Shown piece by piece: positions 31,639-40,677 of a stretch of DNA of 64,000 nt. The DNA comes from Gammaproteobacteria bacterium (GTDB lineage: Bacteria > Pseudomonadota > Gammaproteobacteria > CBDBNL01 > JAAOII01), in contig OZ242372.1 of NCBI GenBank assembly GCA_965209035.1, positions 704,001 to 768,000 on the forward strand, given 5' to 3'. The translations under genes were made by a program, and so were the position numbers. Each line of letters begins with the position of its first letter. Position 1 is the first letter of the stretch. The notes under the pieces were generated by a model. That model was given only the letters and a program-made list of their open reading frames with translations, was not told the origin of the DNA and did not search any database.

Positions 31639-31885
31639 ATCGTTATCATCATCCTCACCGTCACCGTCATCGTCCATATCTTCCGTCAAGGGCGATGTCG
31701 TGCAACCCGGAACAAGGCTATCCGGATTGCCGTCATTATCCGTGTCGGTACTGGCACAGGCATCTGTCCGGAACGCATCTGCGCCATTCACAGTATCATC
31801 ATCGTCAATATCTGTGCCTACACCCGCTCCCGCTCCCGTTGTGCTTGACACAGGAGGTGAGGTCCCGATAGTGCGGCTCTTATAA
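31639..31885. repeat. 247-bp direct repeat (target duplication), left copy
   Basis: ATCGTTATCATCATCC...GCGGCTCTTATAA matches 33857-34103. Confidence 0.92.
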
Positions 31886-33856
31886 CTTGACTTCGGAAAC
31901 TTCTTAAAAAACCTTGATTTTATAAGGGTTTGCGGGCCGTTTTTATACCCTGCCAGCCTTTGCCTTGCCCCTTAGTGCCGGTTATTGAACAAAGCGGGTT
32001 GTTTGGGTTTTAGTTGCACGGCTTGTAAAATGCGTTGCTGTCCCGGGGTGAGTGGGTGCGGGTTGTGGTAATAGTTGCCGATGGGATCGCGTTGGATAGT
32101 TGCTTTGAAGTTGCGCAGTTCTTTGAGGATCTTCTTGGTGGTGACGATTTCCTCGGTCTTGTTTTTTTGCGGCGGCTGCGGTCGGGCATCTAGATCGGTG
32201 AACGGCAGCATTTCGGTGGTCCACACGGTGGTGGGTGCGGGCTTTTGTTGGCGGAGGACATACCGCAAGCGGCGGATGGCGGCAAACGCCAGATAGCAGA
32301 GGGCGAAATGGGCGCGGATGCGCTCGGGTTTCCAATGGAAGGTCGGGCGGATTTGCAGATCACTTTTAAGATCCCGGAAGCCGTGTTCAATGGCATACAG
32401 TTGTTTGTAGTAAGTGTAGGCGGTTTGGTAGTCAATATTGGGCGAGGCCTGCACGCCATAGAGACCGATTTCTTGCATCGCCTGCTTGATGGCGGCGGTG
32501 TTCAGTGTGGTGATGCCGTTGTTGGATAAGAACTTACGGATATCGGGATTGGTAATCCCCTGCAGGGCTTGGCGGTTGCCGCCGGTACTGTTTTGGGCCC
32601 GCTTCAAGGCCAGATCCAGCTGATGGAGATCGCGGCGGGCGCGCTTGAAGGATAAGTTGGCATAATAATTGCGTGCCACGGTGCGCCGGTCATCGTCGGC
32701 ACGTGGGCTGCGCGCCCGCGGTAGCAAGCCGAGCTCAAAGATACGGGCCCCGCCTTCAAAATCAAAGCTGTAGACCGCCGTGCGGATCTCTTTGGGTAAC
32801 TTGCGTGGCGAACAGGCCATGACAAACTCATGCCCGGCCGCGGTAATCGCCGCCAAGTTGTCTTCACTGAGGAGGCCGTTGTCAGCAATCACCACCGTCT
32901 TTTGGGCCCCCAGCCGCTGCTGCATCTCGTCCAAAGCCGGCAACAAGGTCGACACATCCGCCGTATTGCCGGTAAATAGTTTGTAGCCCAACGGCAAGCC
33001 ACAAGGCGTCATCCACATCCCAAAGACCACTTGCGTCCGATGGGCTTTGCCGTCTTTGGACCAACCCCTGCAGCGGAAGTCATCGGCCTGCACCGATTCA
33101 AAGTAAAAGGTCGTCGTGTCATACAGCAACAGCTGCACCGTCTTTTGGTTGAGCAATGCCAAGTTGGAACGTGCCACCCGCATCTGAATGCGCTCAATCG
33201 CGGCATCATCCAAATGATCCATCGCTTTATACATGCTGTCCTCAGACCAGCGGATCCCATATTCTTCTTCCAACAGCTGCGACAATTGCCGTTTACTAAT
33301 CCGCTCGGCCGTCAGCCGCCCCCAACTGAGCACCCGCAAACAGGCATTCAGCCGTTGGCGCCGCGGTGCCACCAACGTATCCAAGCCCATGGACGCAAAT
33401 AATTTCTCCATGACATAGGGCAGACCGTAACTGCGCGCACCCAGAGCCTGAACAAATAGTGTGGCACCCGCATTGTCTGCGCGCGTACTTTGCCGTTTTG
33501 CATGGCCACGACCACAACCGACAAACTTTTGATGCTGTGCCAAAAACACATTCACCGACTCGCTTTGTTTGAACTCCTTCTCCAAACGCACGCGCCGTTG
33601 CTCAACATCAGCACGCACCGTATCATACGCCGCACTACCGGCTTTGACCGCCGGGCTGGTATAGAGGGTCATATTCGTTGCGTTTTTGCTGCCGGATGGC
33701 TGAAAACAAAACACCACGGACAGAACCTGTCCCTTTTTTCGGGTAATTTCACGGATACGCATAATATACCCTATAATTATACCCTGTAAAAACTCTAAAA
33801 AACCCTTATAAATACAAGAGTTTTTAAAAATCTAAAAATTTCTTTCCGAAGTCAAG
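31886..33856 (-). mobile_element. IS1634-family insertion sequence
   Basis: Perfect 14-bp terminal IR CTTGACTTCGGAAA / TTTCCGAAGTCAAG plus a subterminal shared TTTATAAGGGTTT block; long flanking direct repeats. Confidence 0.92.
31972..33762 (-). CDS. IS1634-family DDE transposase
   Basis: LYDTTTFYFES, GWSKDGK, GNTADVSTL, VIADNGL, Y...IEHGFRDLKS.L.IRP.FHW..RIRAH motifs. Confidence 0.92.
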   Translation of the reverse strand: MRIREITRKKGQVLSVVFCFQPSGSKNATNMTLYTSPAVKAGSAAYDTVRADVEQRRVRLEKEFKQSESVNVFLAQHQKFVGCGRGHAKRQSTRADNAGATLFVQALGARSYGLPYVMEKLFASMGLDTLVAPRRQRLNACLRVLSWGRLTAERISKRQLSQLLEEEYGIRWSEDSMYKAMDHLDDAAIERIQMRVARSNLALLNQKTVQLLLYDTTTFYFESVQADDFRCRGWSKDGKAHRTQVVFGMWMTPCGLPLGYKLFTGNTADVSTLLPALDEMQQRLGAQKTVVIADNGLLSEDNLAAITAAGHEFVMACSPRKLPKEIRTAVYSFDFEGGARIFELGLLPRARSPRADDDRRTVARNYYANLSFKRARRDLHQLDLALKRAQNSTGGNRQALQGITNPDIRKFLSNNGITTLNTAAIKQAMQEIGLYGVQASPNIDYQTAYTYYKQLYAIEHGFRDLKSDLQIRPTFHWKPERIRAHFALCYLAFAAIRRLRYVLRQQKPAPTTVWTTEMLPFTDLDARPQPPQKNKTEEIVTTKKILKELRNFKATIQRDPIGNYYHNPHPLTPGQQRILQAVQLKPKQPALFNNRH

Positions 33857-34103
33857 ATCGTTATCATCATCCTCACCGTCACCGTCATCGTCCATATCTT
33901 CCGTCAAGGGCGATGTCGTGCAACCCGGAACAAGGCTATCCGGATTGCCGTCATTATCCGTGTCGGTACTGGCACAGGCATCTGTCCGGAACGCATCTGC
34001 GCCATTCACAGTATCATCATCGTCAATATCTGTGCCTACACCCGCTCCCGCTCCCGTTGTGCTTGACACAGGAGGTGAGGTCCCGATAGTGCGGCTCTTA
34101 TAA
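33857..34103. repeat. 247-bp direct repeat (target duplication), right copy
   Basis: Matches 31639-31885. Confidence 0.92.
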
Positions 34104-34704
34104 CGCACCGCAATCGTGATGTGATAGGTGATGTCATTGGTTAAGCCCGTAATGTTGTAGATGACCCGAGCAAGCGGCGCAACATCCGCCACGGTAGAAT
34201 TAAGTTCTGTTGTGCCACCATCGCTCGCATTGTCACGGCGTGCGGTAATAACGAACCCCGTGATATTATCCGAAGCCGGATTGGTCCAACCCACGAGAAT
34301 ATAATCCTCACCGACCAGAGTCTGGATATTGGAAACAGCCGGGGAATTCTGAGCAGCGGGATCGCCACCACCACCGCTGCCGCCACCGCCACAACCTGTC
34401 AGAACCAAACCGAACATACCCGCCAGCAGCACACCGTAAAAACGAGCCGGTATGCGCATCCGTCGCGCCCTATTGGGTTCGGGAAAATTCTTAAAGGCAT
34501 TAAAAGCATTAAAAGTATTAAAGAGACGCACAGATACCGTGCCTCTTTGTTCGCGGCGCATTGCTTTCACCGACCGCACAGGAAAAAAGTGTAACTGATT
34601 CATTATTTTCTATTGTTTATTATTGTTTTCTGTTATGATTAATGGGGATTAGATACTTTGTGACCCATAAAAAAGTAAGTGCCATTATTATTACATTAAA
34701 AAGG

Positions 34705-34865
34705 AGAGTTGAGGAGTAAAATATGAGCATAAATACTGGTAAATACAAGAAAAAAGAGGGTTATTTTCTGTTCGAGACTCGAGACCTTCAGAATGGAAGT
34801 TTTGGCAGATCCCCAGGCTGTTTGCAATGGATCTTGAGGCAAATGGCAAATTTTTTGAAGTGCAG
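34705..34865 (+). mobile_element. Decayed 5' fragment of IS1016-like element (second copy)
   Basis: Near-identical to 19750-19900; homologous to the 5' end of the 28771-29475 element. Confidence 0.7.
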
Positions 34866-34867
34866 GG

Positions 34868-35047
34868 GAAGAGTTCGGTTGTCATATGCGGCATCTCTTG
34901 TTTAAGGATATGCCGGCATTCAACGCCAAACTCATCGAGTGGTTGGCTTGGTATCATCTGGAACGTCTCCATTATGCCCACAAACAACTCTCGCCGATCC
35001 AATTTTTACAAAAACAACAAAAGTCCGGGAATGGGTGGGATCATACA
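34868..35047 (+). mobile_element. IS481-like transposase 3' remnant and right end (right edge of island)
   Basis: Encodes AFNAKLIEWLAWYHLERLHYAHKQLSPIQFL, resembling the integrase-core YN..RPH..L...SP tail; ends in ACA like IS481 TGT/ACA termini. Confidence 0.65.
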
Positions 35048-35138
35048 AGCATTTTCAAAACTGAGCGGAGTCGAGTATAATGATTTAGCAACAGGTGTTG
35101 CGTTAGTGAGTTGAATTCAGCCTTATAATTATAGGTAA

Positions 35139-35894
35139 ATGTTGGAACTAAAGAATTTGGAAGCCGGTTATGGTCGTATTAAGATCTTAAACAACATTAA
35201 TATGTCGATTCCCGGGGGCAGTATCGTGGCATTATTAGGCGGAAACGGGACTGGCAAATCCACCTTGCTAAAAACTATTTCCGGACTGCTAAAAATTCAA
35301 GGCGGGACAATGATATTCAACAACGAACGCATAGACAATTTGCGACCGGACAAAATTGTCAAGAAGGGATTGGTACAAGTCACTCAAGCAAAAGAAGCAT
35401 TCGTCAATATGACCGTAGAAGAAAACTTAAAGGTCGGCGCTTTTGTCAAATCATCGGCAAAGGATCTTGCCCGCAACTTGGAAATTGTTTACGGCTATTT
35501 TCCGGACTTGAAAAACAAACGGCGACAGTTGTCCGGCAGTTTATCCGGCGGCCAATTGCAAATGCTCTGCATCGGGCGCGGGTTGATGAGCGAGCCCAAG
35601 ATGCTGATGTTGGATGAGCCCAGTGCGGCATTGGCACCGCGCGTGGTCTTGGATATCTTTCGCATCATCAACCGAATTCGCAAAAGCGGAATGACTGTGT
35701 TATTGGTGGAGCAAAATGTTCGGATGGCGTTATTATTGTCCTCTTACGGATATGTCATTAAGGACGGCATGATCCATCTGGAGGGGGCTGCGGACAAACT
35801 CATCTCGGATGACAATTTACGATTGTCATACCTTGGCGGAGGCACGGTGACGCGCCATCAAGAAGATAGCCAGCCGGATCAAAACTCTCCATAA
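35139..35894 (+). CDS. Branched-chain amino acid-type ABC transporter ATP-binding protein (LivF-like)
   Basis: GGNGTGKST, LSGGQLQML.IGRGLM, LDEPS, LLVEQN. Confidence 0.92.
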   Translation: MLELKNLEAGYGRIKILNNINMSIPGGSIVALLGGNGTGKSTLLKTISGLLKIQGGTMIFNNERIDNLRPDKIVKKGLVQVTQAKEAFVNMTVEENLKVGAFVKSSAKDLARNLEIVYGYFPDLKNKRRQLSGSLSGGQLQMLCIGRGLMSEPKMLMLDEPSAALAPRVVLDIFRIINRIRKSGMTVLLVEQNVRMALLLSSYGYVIKDGMIHLEGAADKLISDDNLRLSYLGGGTVTRHQEDSQPDQNSP

Positions 35895-35917
35895 TCTCTT
35901 CATACAAACAAACAAAA

Positions 35918-36808
35918 ATGGAATTTTTTATTGATCTCTTGATTGTCGGCATATCCGTAGGGATGATCTACGCACTGGTCGCTTTGGGGATCTCTTTAAT
36001 TTATTCCGGCTTGGATATCGTTCATTTTGCCCACGGTGAAATATATATGTTCGGAGCTTTCTTTGGTTTGGTTGCATACAGAGATTTGACTTTCATCTAC
36101 CCTCTGGCGTTAGTGGCTGCCATGATCATAACCGCCCTGTTTGGAATGTTAGTTGAACGCTTGTTTTACAGACGTCTTACGCGCACCGGCGGCGGCTATA
36201 CGGTTGCCGGCATGGGAATGATCATCTGCGGCTTCGGCATGTCCGTGGTCCTCCAAAATATTGCTTATTTGATCTGGTCGCCCAAGACATTTCCTTTCTT
36301 TGTTGATTTTGGTCTGCCGATGGAAGTCGGCAATCTGATTTTACCGAAAAGTTACTTATGGATCCTTTTAATCTCCTTGGGCCTAATGGTCAGTCTGCAC
36401 CTTTTCTTAAAGTACACCAAATGGGGGCGCGCTATTCGGGCTGTTGCCAATAACAAGGATATTGCTTTTTTGATGGGGATCAATGTTCCCGTCACTATTT
36501 CTCTTATTTTTGGGTTGGCATGTGCTCTGGCGGCGGCGGCGGGTGTCTTGGTAGGACCGATCAATACCGTCCAGGTTCAAATGGGGTATCTTATTCTCAT
36601 TAAATCTTTTGCCGCCGCCGTAGTAGGCGGTTTTGGCAGCTTGCCGGGCGCTATTGTGGGCGGCTTAACCGTCGGTATTGCGGAAACACTTGGCGCCGGC
36701 TATATTTCCGGCAGCCATAAAGATATCTATGCATTCCTACTTCTAATTCTTGTCCTAATGTTTCGACCGGGCGGCTTTTTGGGGCAACACTTTAAATCCA
36801 AAGCATAA
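35918..36808 (+). CDS. Branched-chain amino acid-type ABC transporter permease (LivH-like)
   Basis: YALVALG, HFAHGE, GRAIRAVA, VVGGFGSLPGA, RPGG motifs. Confidence 0.92.
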   Translation: MEFFIDLLIVGISVGMIYALVALGISLIYSGLDIVHFAHGEIYMFGAFFGLVAYRDLTFIYPLALVAAMIITALFGMLVERLFYRRLTRTGGGYTVAGMGMIICGFGMSVVLQNIAYLIWSPKTFPFFVDFGLPMEVGNLILPKSYLWILLISLGLMVSLHLFLKYTKWGRAIRAVANNKDIAFLMGINVPVTISLIFGLACALAAAAGVLVGPINTVQVQMGYLILIKSFAAAVVGGFGSLPGAIVGGLTVGIAETLGAGYISGSHKDIYAFLLLILVLMFRPGGFLGQHFKSKA

Positions 36809-36908
36809 AGGTTGCCCCGGCCGGTTTAACCGGTTTTTTCTATCTTTTCTTTTCTTTTCTTTTAATAACTCCCTCCCCCCCCTTCTCTATCCCTATCCCT
36901 ATCCCCTA

Positions 36909-37712
36909 ATGTCATACAGAGACGAGTTAACAGGACAAACGGCACTCATCACCGGCGGTAGCAAGGGGATTGGCAAAGCAATCGCGGATATTTTATACAG
37001 AGACGGCGCGGACATTTTATTGGTTGCTTCCCAAGAACGGGGGTTACAAAAAGCAAGGGAAGAGCTCTTACAACATCATCCTCAAAAAGGCAACATAGAG
37101 ATCCTGGCAACGGACTTGCGTCGGGCGGATAATTGCCGCAGACTCTATGAGGATGTGATCGCAAAGAGTAACACAAAACCCGCAATCCTTATTAATTCGG
37201 CGGGTGCCACCCGCGGCGGGGATTTTTTGGAATTAACAGACGATGACTGGCAGGACGGCTTTGCCCTCAAGTTTTATGCTTGTGTGCGTCTCTGCCGTCT
37301 GTTTTGGCAAGATCTGGCCGCCAATAACGGGCGGGTCGTCAATATTGTCGGGGGGTTTGCCCGCACACCGCATCCGGATTTTATGATAGGAGGATCAGTC
37401 AATGCCGCCATGACAAACTTTAGTAAGTCCTTGGCCGCCCGCGGAATTCGCGACGGTGTCAGAGTGAATGTTGTACATCCGGGCTCTACGCAATCGGATC
37501 GGCTGCTCAATGTTTTGAGGGACATTGCATCCGCATCCGACAAGACACCGGAACAAGTTCAAGAAGAGCGGTTTAAAGAAGAGGGAGTCCGTCGATTAGG
37601 TCAGCCGGAAGATGTTGCAAATCTTGTCCGATTTCTTGTCAGCCGGGAAGCCGAACATATTCAAGGAATATCCGTCTCGGTGGACGGCGGTGCGACCAAG
37701 AGTATCTTTTAG
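36909..37712 (+). CDS. Short-chain dehydrogenase/reductase (SDR)
   Basis: TGGSKGIG, NSAG, GVRVNVVHPG, VDGG; atypical active site without the canonical YxxxK. Confidence 0.9.
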   Translation: MSYRDELTGQTALITGGSKGIGKAIADILYRDGADILLVASQERGLQKAREELLQHHPQKGNIEILATDLRRADNCRRLYEDVIAKSNTKPAILINSAGATRGGDFLELTDDDWQDGFALKFYACVRLCRLFWQDLAANNGRVVNIVGGFARTPHPDFMIGGSVNAAMTNFSKSLAARGIRDGVRVNVVHPGSTQSDRLLNVLRDIASASDKTPEQVQEERFKEEGVRRLGQPEDVANLVRFLVSREAEHIQGISVSVDGGATKSIF

Positions 37713-37729
37713 AACCGACCCCGCCCCCC

Positions 37730-38620
37730 TTATTTTTTGGCGTTGTTCATCTTCCGTATTTTTTTCATCAGATCCACCTGTCTTTTCGCCCCGGCAAAAA
37801 TCGGATAATCCACAAAGTTGCCGCGCACCTTGATCGCGGCGATTCCCTGTTTTTCCGCTTTACGAAACTCTCTCACAATCGCAAGAGACAAATCATATTC
37901 TTCGGCGGAAGGAGAAAAGCCGGCATTAATGTCGGGTAACTGGCAGGGATGAATACAGGCCTTTCCTTGAAAACCGATTTTACGCGCGACGGCGGCTGAT
38001 CGTCGCAGACCTTCGGTGTCCTCTAAAATCGGGTAGGATGTATCAATCGGGGCTTCCAAACCATGCGCCCGAGCGGCCGTTACCAACTGATGGCGTGCCG
38101 TAACAATTGCCTCTTCGGACGCATCCCAGATTCTGTCCGTATCCGCACAAAAGTCCCAAGAACCAAAAGAAAGTTTTTTTATTCTGCCGGCGGCCGCGCA
38201 AATTGCATTCAAGGCAATGAACCCCTTCGCTGTTTCAATCACCGGGATAATCTCGGTCCCGGTACGGGAGTACTCGCGTTCCAAAGCGTTGACAAGCCAA
38301 TTCAATATGTGGCAGTCCGCCGCGGTTTCAATTTTTGGGACAATAAACCCTTTAATGAACCCTTTAATCTCCGCCCGCATTAATTGACACATATCGCCAT
38401 AGGTTCTGTCAGCCGCCAAAGTATTCAAGCGGACATAAAAGCGGCGCGTCGGATTTTTGGCAACTCGGATGATTGTCTTTAAAGCCCTGTCCTTCTCGCC
38501 GGGCGGTACCGCGTCTTCAAGGTCAACCGCCACCTGGTCCGCATCGCTCAGCAAGGCCTTACGCATCTTCGCCTCCTCGTGGCCCGGCGCAAAGAGGACG
38601 CTACGAAAGAGTTCAGTCAT
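37730..38620 (-). CDS. HpcH/HpaI aldolase/citrate lyase beta (CitE-like CoA ester lyase)
   Basis: RSVLFAPG, DLEDAV, VRLN, PKIE, IETAKG, GKACIHP.Q. Confidence 0.9.
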   Translation of the reverse strand: MTELFRSVLFAPGHEEAKMRKALLSDADQVAVDLEDAVPPGEKDRALKTIIRVAKNPTRRFYVRLNTLAADRTYGDMCQLMRAEIKGFIKGFIVPKIETAADCHILNWLVNALEREYSRTGTEIIPVIETAKGFIALNAICAAAGRIKKLSFGSWDFCADTDRIWDASEEAIVTARHQLVTAARAHGLEAPIDTSYPILEDTEGLRRSAAVARKIGFQGKACIHPCQLPDINAGFSPSAEEYDLSLAIVREFRKAEKQGIAAIKVRGNFVDYPIFAGAKRQVDLMKKIRKMNNAKK

Positions 38621-39788
38621 TCTCGGAGGCAGTACAGTCTTTGATCAGGTAGTCTTTAATGACCTCTTCGTCCGGGTCCGCTCCCAATCCGGGCAAGTCA
38701 CTCGGCTGATAAAACCCTTCTGTCGGTGCAATCAATCCGTTAAACAGATCCGCTTCCGGTTCAATAAAAAATCTCTCCACCATCGGCGGGTGTTTCTCGG
38801 CGGCACACAAATGAATCGTTGCCAATAAGCCGGGGCCAAAATAAGCGGAATGTGGCGCGAGATGAACAGCCCGATGTTGCCGCACCAACCGGGCAATCTT
38901 AACAAACTCGGTAATACCGCCGACCTTGGTGACACTCGGTTGAACAAAATCAACGGCACCGCAACCAAGAAGTTGCCGAAAGGCATGCAAAGTACTTGCA
39001 TTCTCTCCGGCCGCTATCGCAACAGGCTTCCCGGTTTGTCTTCCGACTTGTCTTCCGGTTTGTCTTAATGCCGCCAAAGATTCGTAATCATCCGGCGGAA
39101 AGATGGGTTCTTCCAACCACATGAGATCATAGGGTTGAAAGCGAGAGACGGCAGTACGCGCCTCCGGCAAACTCCAACAACAGTTAACATCGGTTGCCAA
39201 CGGAATATCGTCGCCAATTTCTTTGCGCGCCGCCTCTATTTCCCTCTCGTTATTCTCGTGGAGTTTAATCGCCTTGTAACCCAACTCCAAGGCACGCCGA
39301 CAGTTTGCCCGCACCGTCTCCGAGTCTCCGTACTTAAACAAACTGGCATAGGCGGTCAACTTCGGGACGGGGACGGTGACACTCCGCGCACCCTCATGCT
39401 CCGTTTCGCACAAAAGAGCGAACAAAGGTTTGCCCGCAAGTTTTCCTTTCAGATCCCAAAGAGCGATGTCCGCACCCGCAAGAGCAAACATCCCGATACC
39501 GGAATGCCCGTATGTATGCATTTGTTGTCGCACGCTGTGCATCAGATCGTCGATCTTGTCGACTGACTTTCCCACCAAAAGAGGAACAAACATATCACGC
39601 AACGCAAACACCACGGCTCTCCAACAAGAGTAACCGAAAGATTCCCCCCAGCCTACCGCCCCCTCGTCTGTCTCAATTCTTACCAAGACCACACAAATAC
39701 TCTTCCAATCCGCCCCCTTGAAGCCGCCGGCACCGAGAGTATCCACAGGCAATCGCAAGGGAAAAATTTGAATGTCTTTAATAATCAT
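38613..39788 (-). CDS. Mandelate racemase/muconate-lactonizing enzyme family protein
   Basis: V.IETDEG..GWGE, DIALWDLKGK, DVN, WLEEP, AAGEN, QPSVTKVGGI. Confidence 0.9.
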   Translation of the reverse strand: MIIKDIQIFPLRLPVDTLGAGGFKGADWKSICVVLVRIETDEGAVGWGESFGYSCWRAVVFALRDMFVPLLVGKSVDKIDDLMHSVRQQMHTYGHSGIGMFALAGADIALWDLKGKLAGKPLFALLCETEHEGARSVTVPVPKLTAYASLFKYGDSETVRANCRRALELGYKAIKLHENNEREIEAARKEIGDDIPLATDVNCCWSLPEARTAVSRFQPYDLMWLEEPIFPPDDYESLAALRQTGRQVGRQTGKPVAIAAGENASTLHAFRQLLGCGAVDFVQPSVTKVGGITEFVKIARLVRQHRAVHLAPHSAYFGPGLLATIHLCAAEKHPPMVERFFIEPEADLFNGLIAPTEGFYQPSDLPGLGADPDEEVIKDYLIKDCTASEND

Positions 39789-39849
39789 CCATGATCATCC
39801 ATAATCATCCCGGTATGGCACCCCAGTCCATTTGAACTAGCTGTTTCCA

Positions 39850-40662
39850 TTATAGATTCTTGCGGAATCTGCGAAAATTGGGCTTGCGTTTTTCCAAGAA
39901 CGCCTTGGCGCCTTCTTCCTGCTCCCCCGTTGCAAAGTAACCCGGTGCAATTTGCCGGACCATCTCGTCTTGCCGCAAAGACAAAACGGATGCCATCTGA
40001 TGTCTAAAAGTTTCTTTAAGAATTTTTAAACAAGTGGGCGATAAAGACAACATATCCGCGGCCCATGCGGACACCTCCGCGTCCAGATCCTCATAAGGAA
40101 CGACCGCGTTAACCAGCCCCCAATCCAGCATTTTTGCCGCCGAATATCGGCGGCATGTCAGCCACATTTCTCTGGCGCGCTTGTGTCCCAGAATATTTGC
40201 CAAATGGGCGACAGTGGCACCCGCCGCCGGCGAACCCACCCTCGGCCCGTTTTGGCCAAAGACCGCGTGCTCGGCTGCGATGGTCAAGTCACAATAGTAT
40301 GCCATGTGGTTTCCCCCGCCGATGGCGTAACCATTGACACGTGCAATCACCGGTTTGGGACACTCCGTCAAATGCCGGTGTAATTCATACTCATGCTTCT
40401 TAAATTCTTTCGTTGCCTCCCAATTGACATCGCCACCGGAACAAAAGGCGCGTTCCCCGGCCCCCGTAAGAACAATGACGCCAACTTGCGGGTCTTCGGC
40501 TGCAATTTTTAAAGCACTTTGAATTTCATTCAAAGTAACGGGAGTAAACGCATTAAGAACCTGCGGGCGATTAATGGTGATGCGAGCAACTTCATCTCGC
40601 ACCTCATAAATAATATCCTTAAACGAAGCCACTTTTAATACCGCGTTTAATGCCACTTTCAA
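39850..40662 (-). CDS. Crotonase-superfamily enzyme, BadI/MenB-like (beta-ketoacyl-CoA hydrolase type)
   Basis: ITINRP..LNAF, AFCSGGD, VNGYAIGGG, FGQNGPRVGS, EG.KAFLEKRKP. Confidence 0.85.
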   Translation of the reverse strand: MKVALNAVLKVASFKDIIYEVRDEVARITINRPQVLNAFTPVTLNEIQSALKIAAEDPQVGVIVLTGAGERAFCSGGDVNWEATKEFKKHEYELHRHLTECPKPVIARVNGYAIGGGNHMAYYCDLTIAAEHAVFGQNGPRVGSPAAGATVAHLANILGHKRAREMWLTCRRYSAAKMLDWGLVNAVVPYEDLDAEVSAWAADMLSLSPTCLKILKETFRHQMASVLSLRQDEMVRQIAPGYFATGEQEEGAKAFLEKRKPNFRRFRKNL

Positions 40663-40677
40663 TATTCTTCAATGTTT

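Larger units (their letters stand above)
30058..34603 (-). pseudogene. Adhesin paralog 4, interrupted by an IS1634-family element (5' part 33824-34603; 3' part 30058-31885)
   Basis: Removing the IS (1971 bp) and one 247-bp direct repeat leaves 2328 nt in frame (775 aa) with the paralog-2 architecture. Confidence 0.9.

Noticed and set aside
7030-34603. Diversity-generating retroelement targeting the FGE-fold protein or the adhesin C-termini
   Set aside because: No reverse transcriptase or Avd in the window, no template repeat seen, and paralog differences are not confined to adenines.
14062-35047. Integron cassette array
   Set aside because: No tyrosine integrase and no recognisable attC sites; the units are paralogs with IS-derived boundaries.
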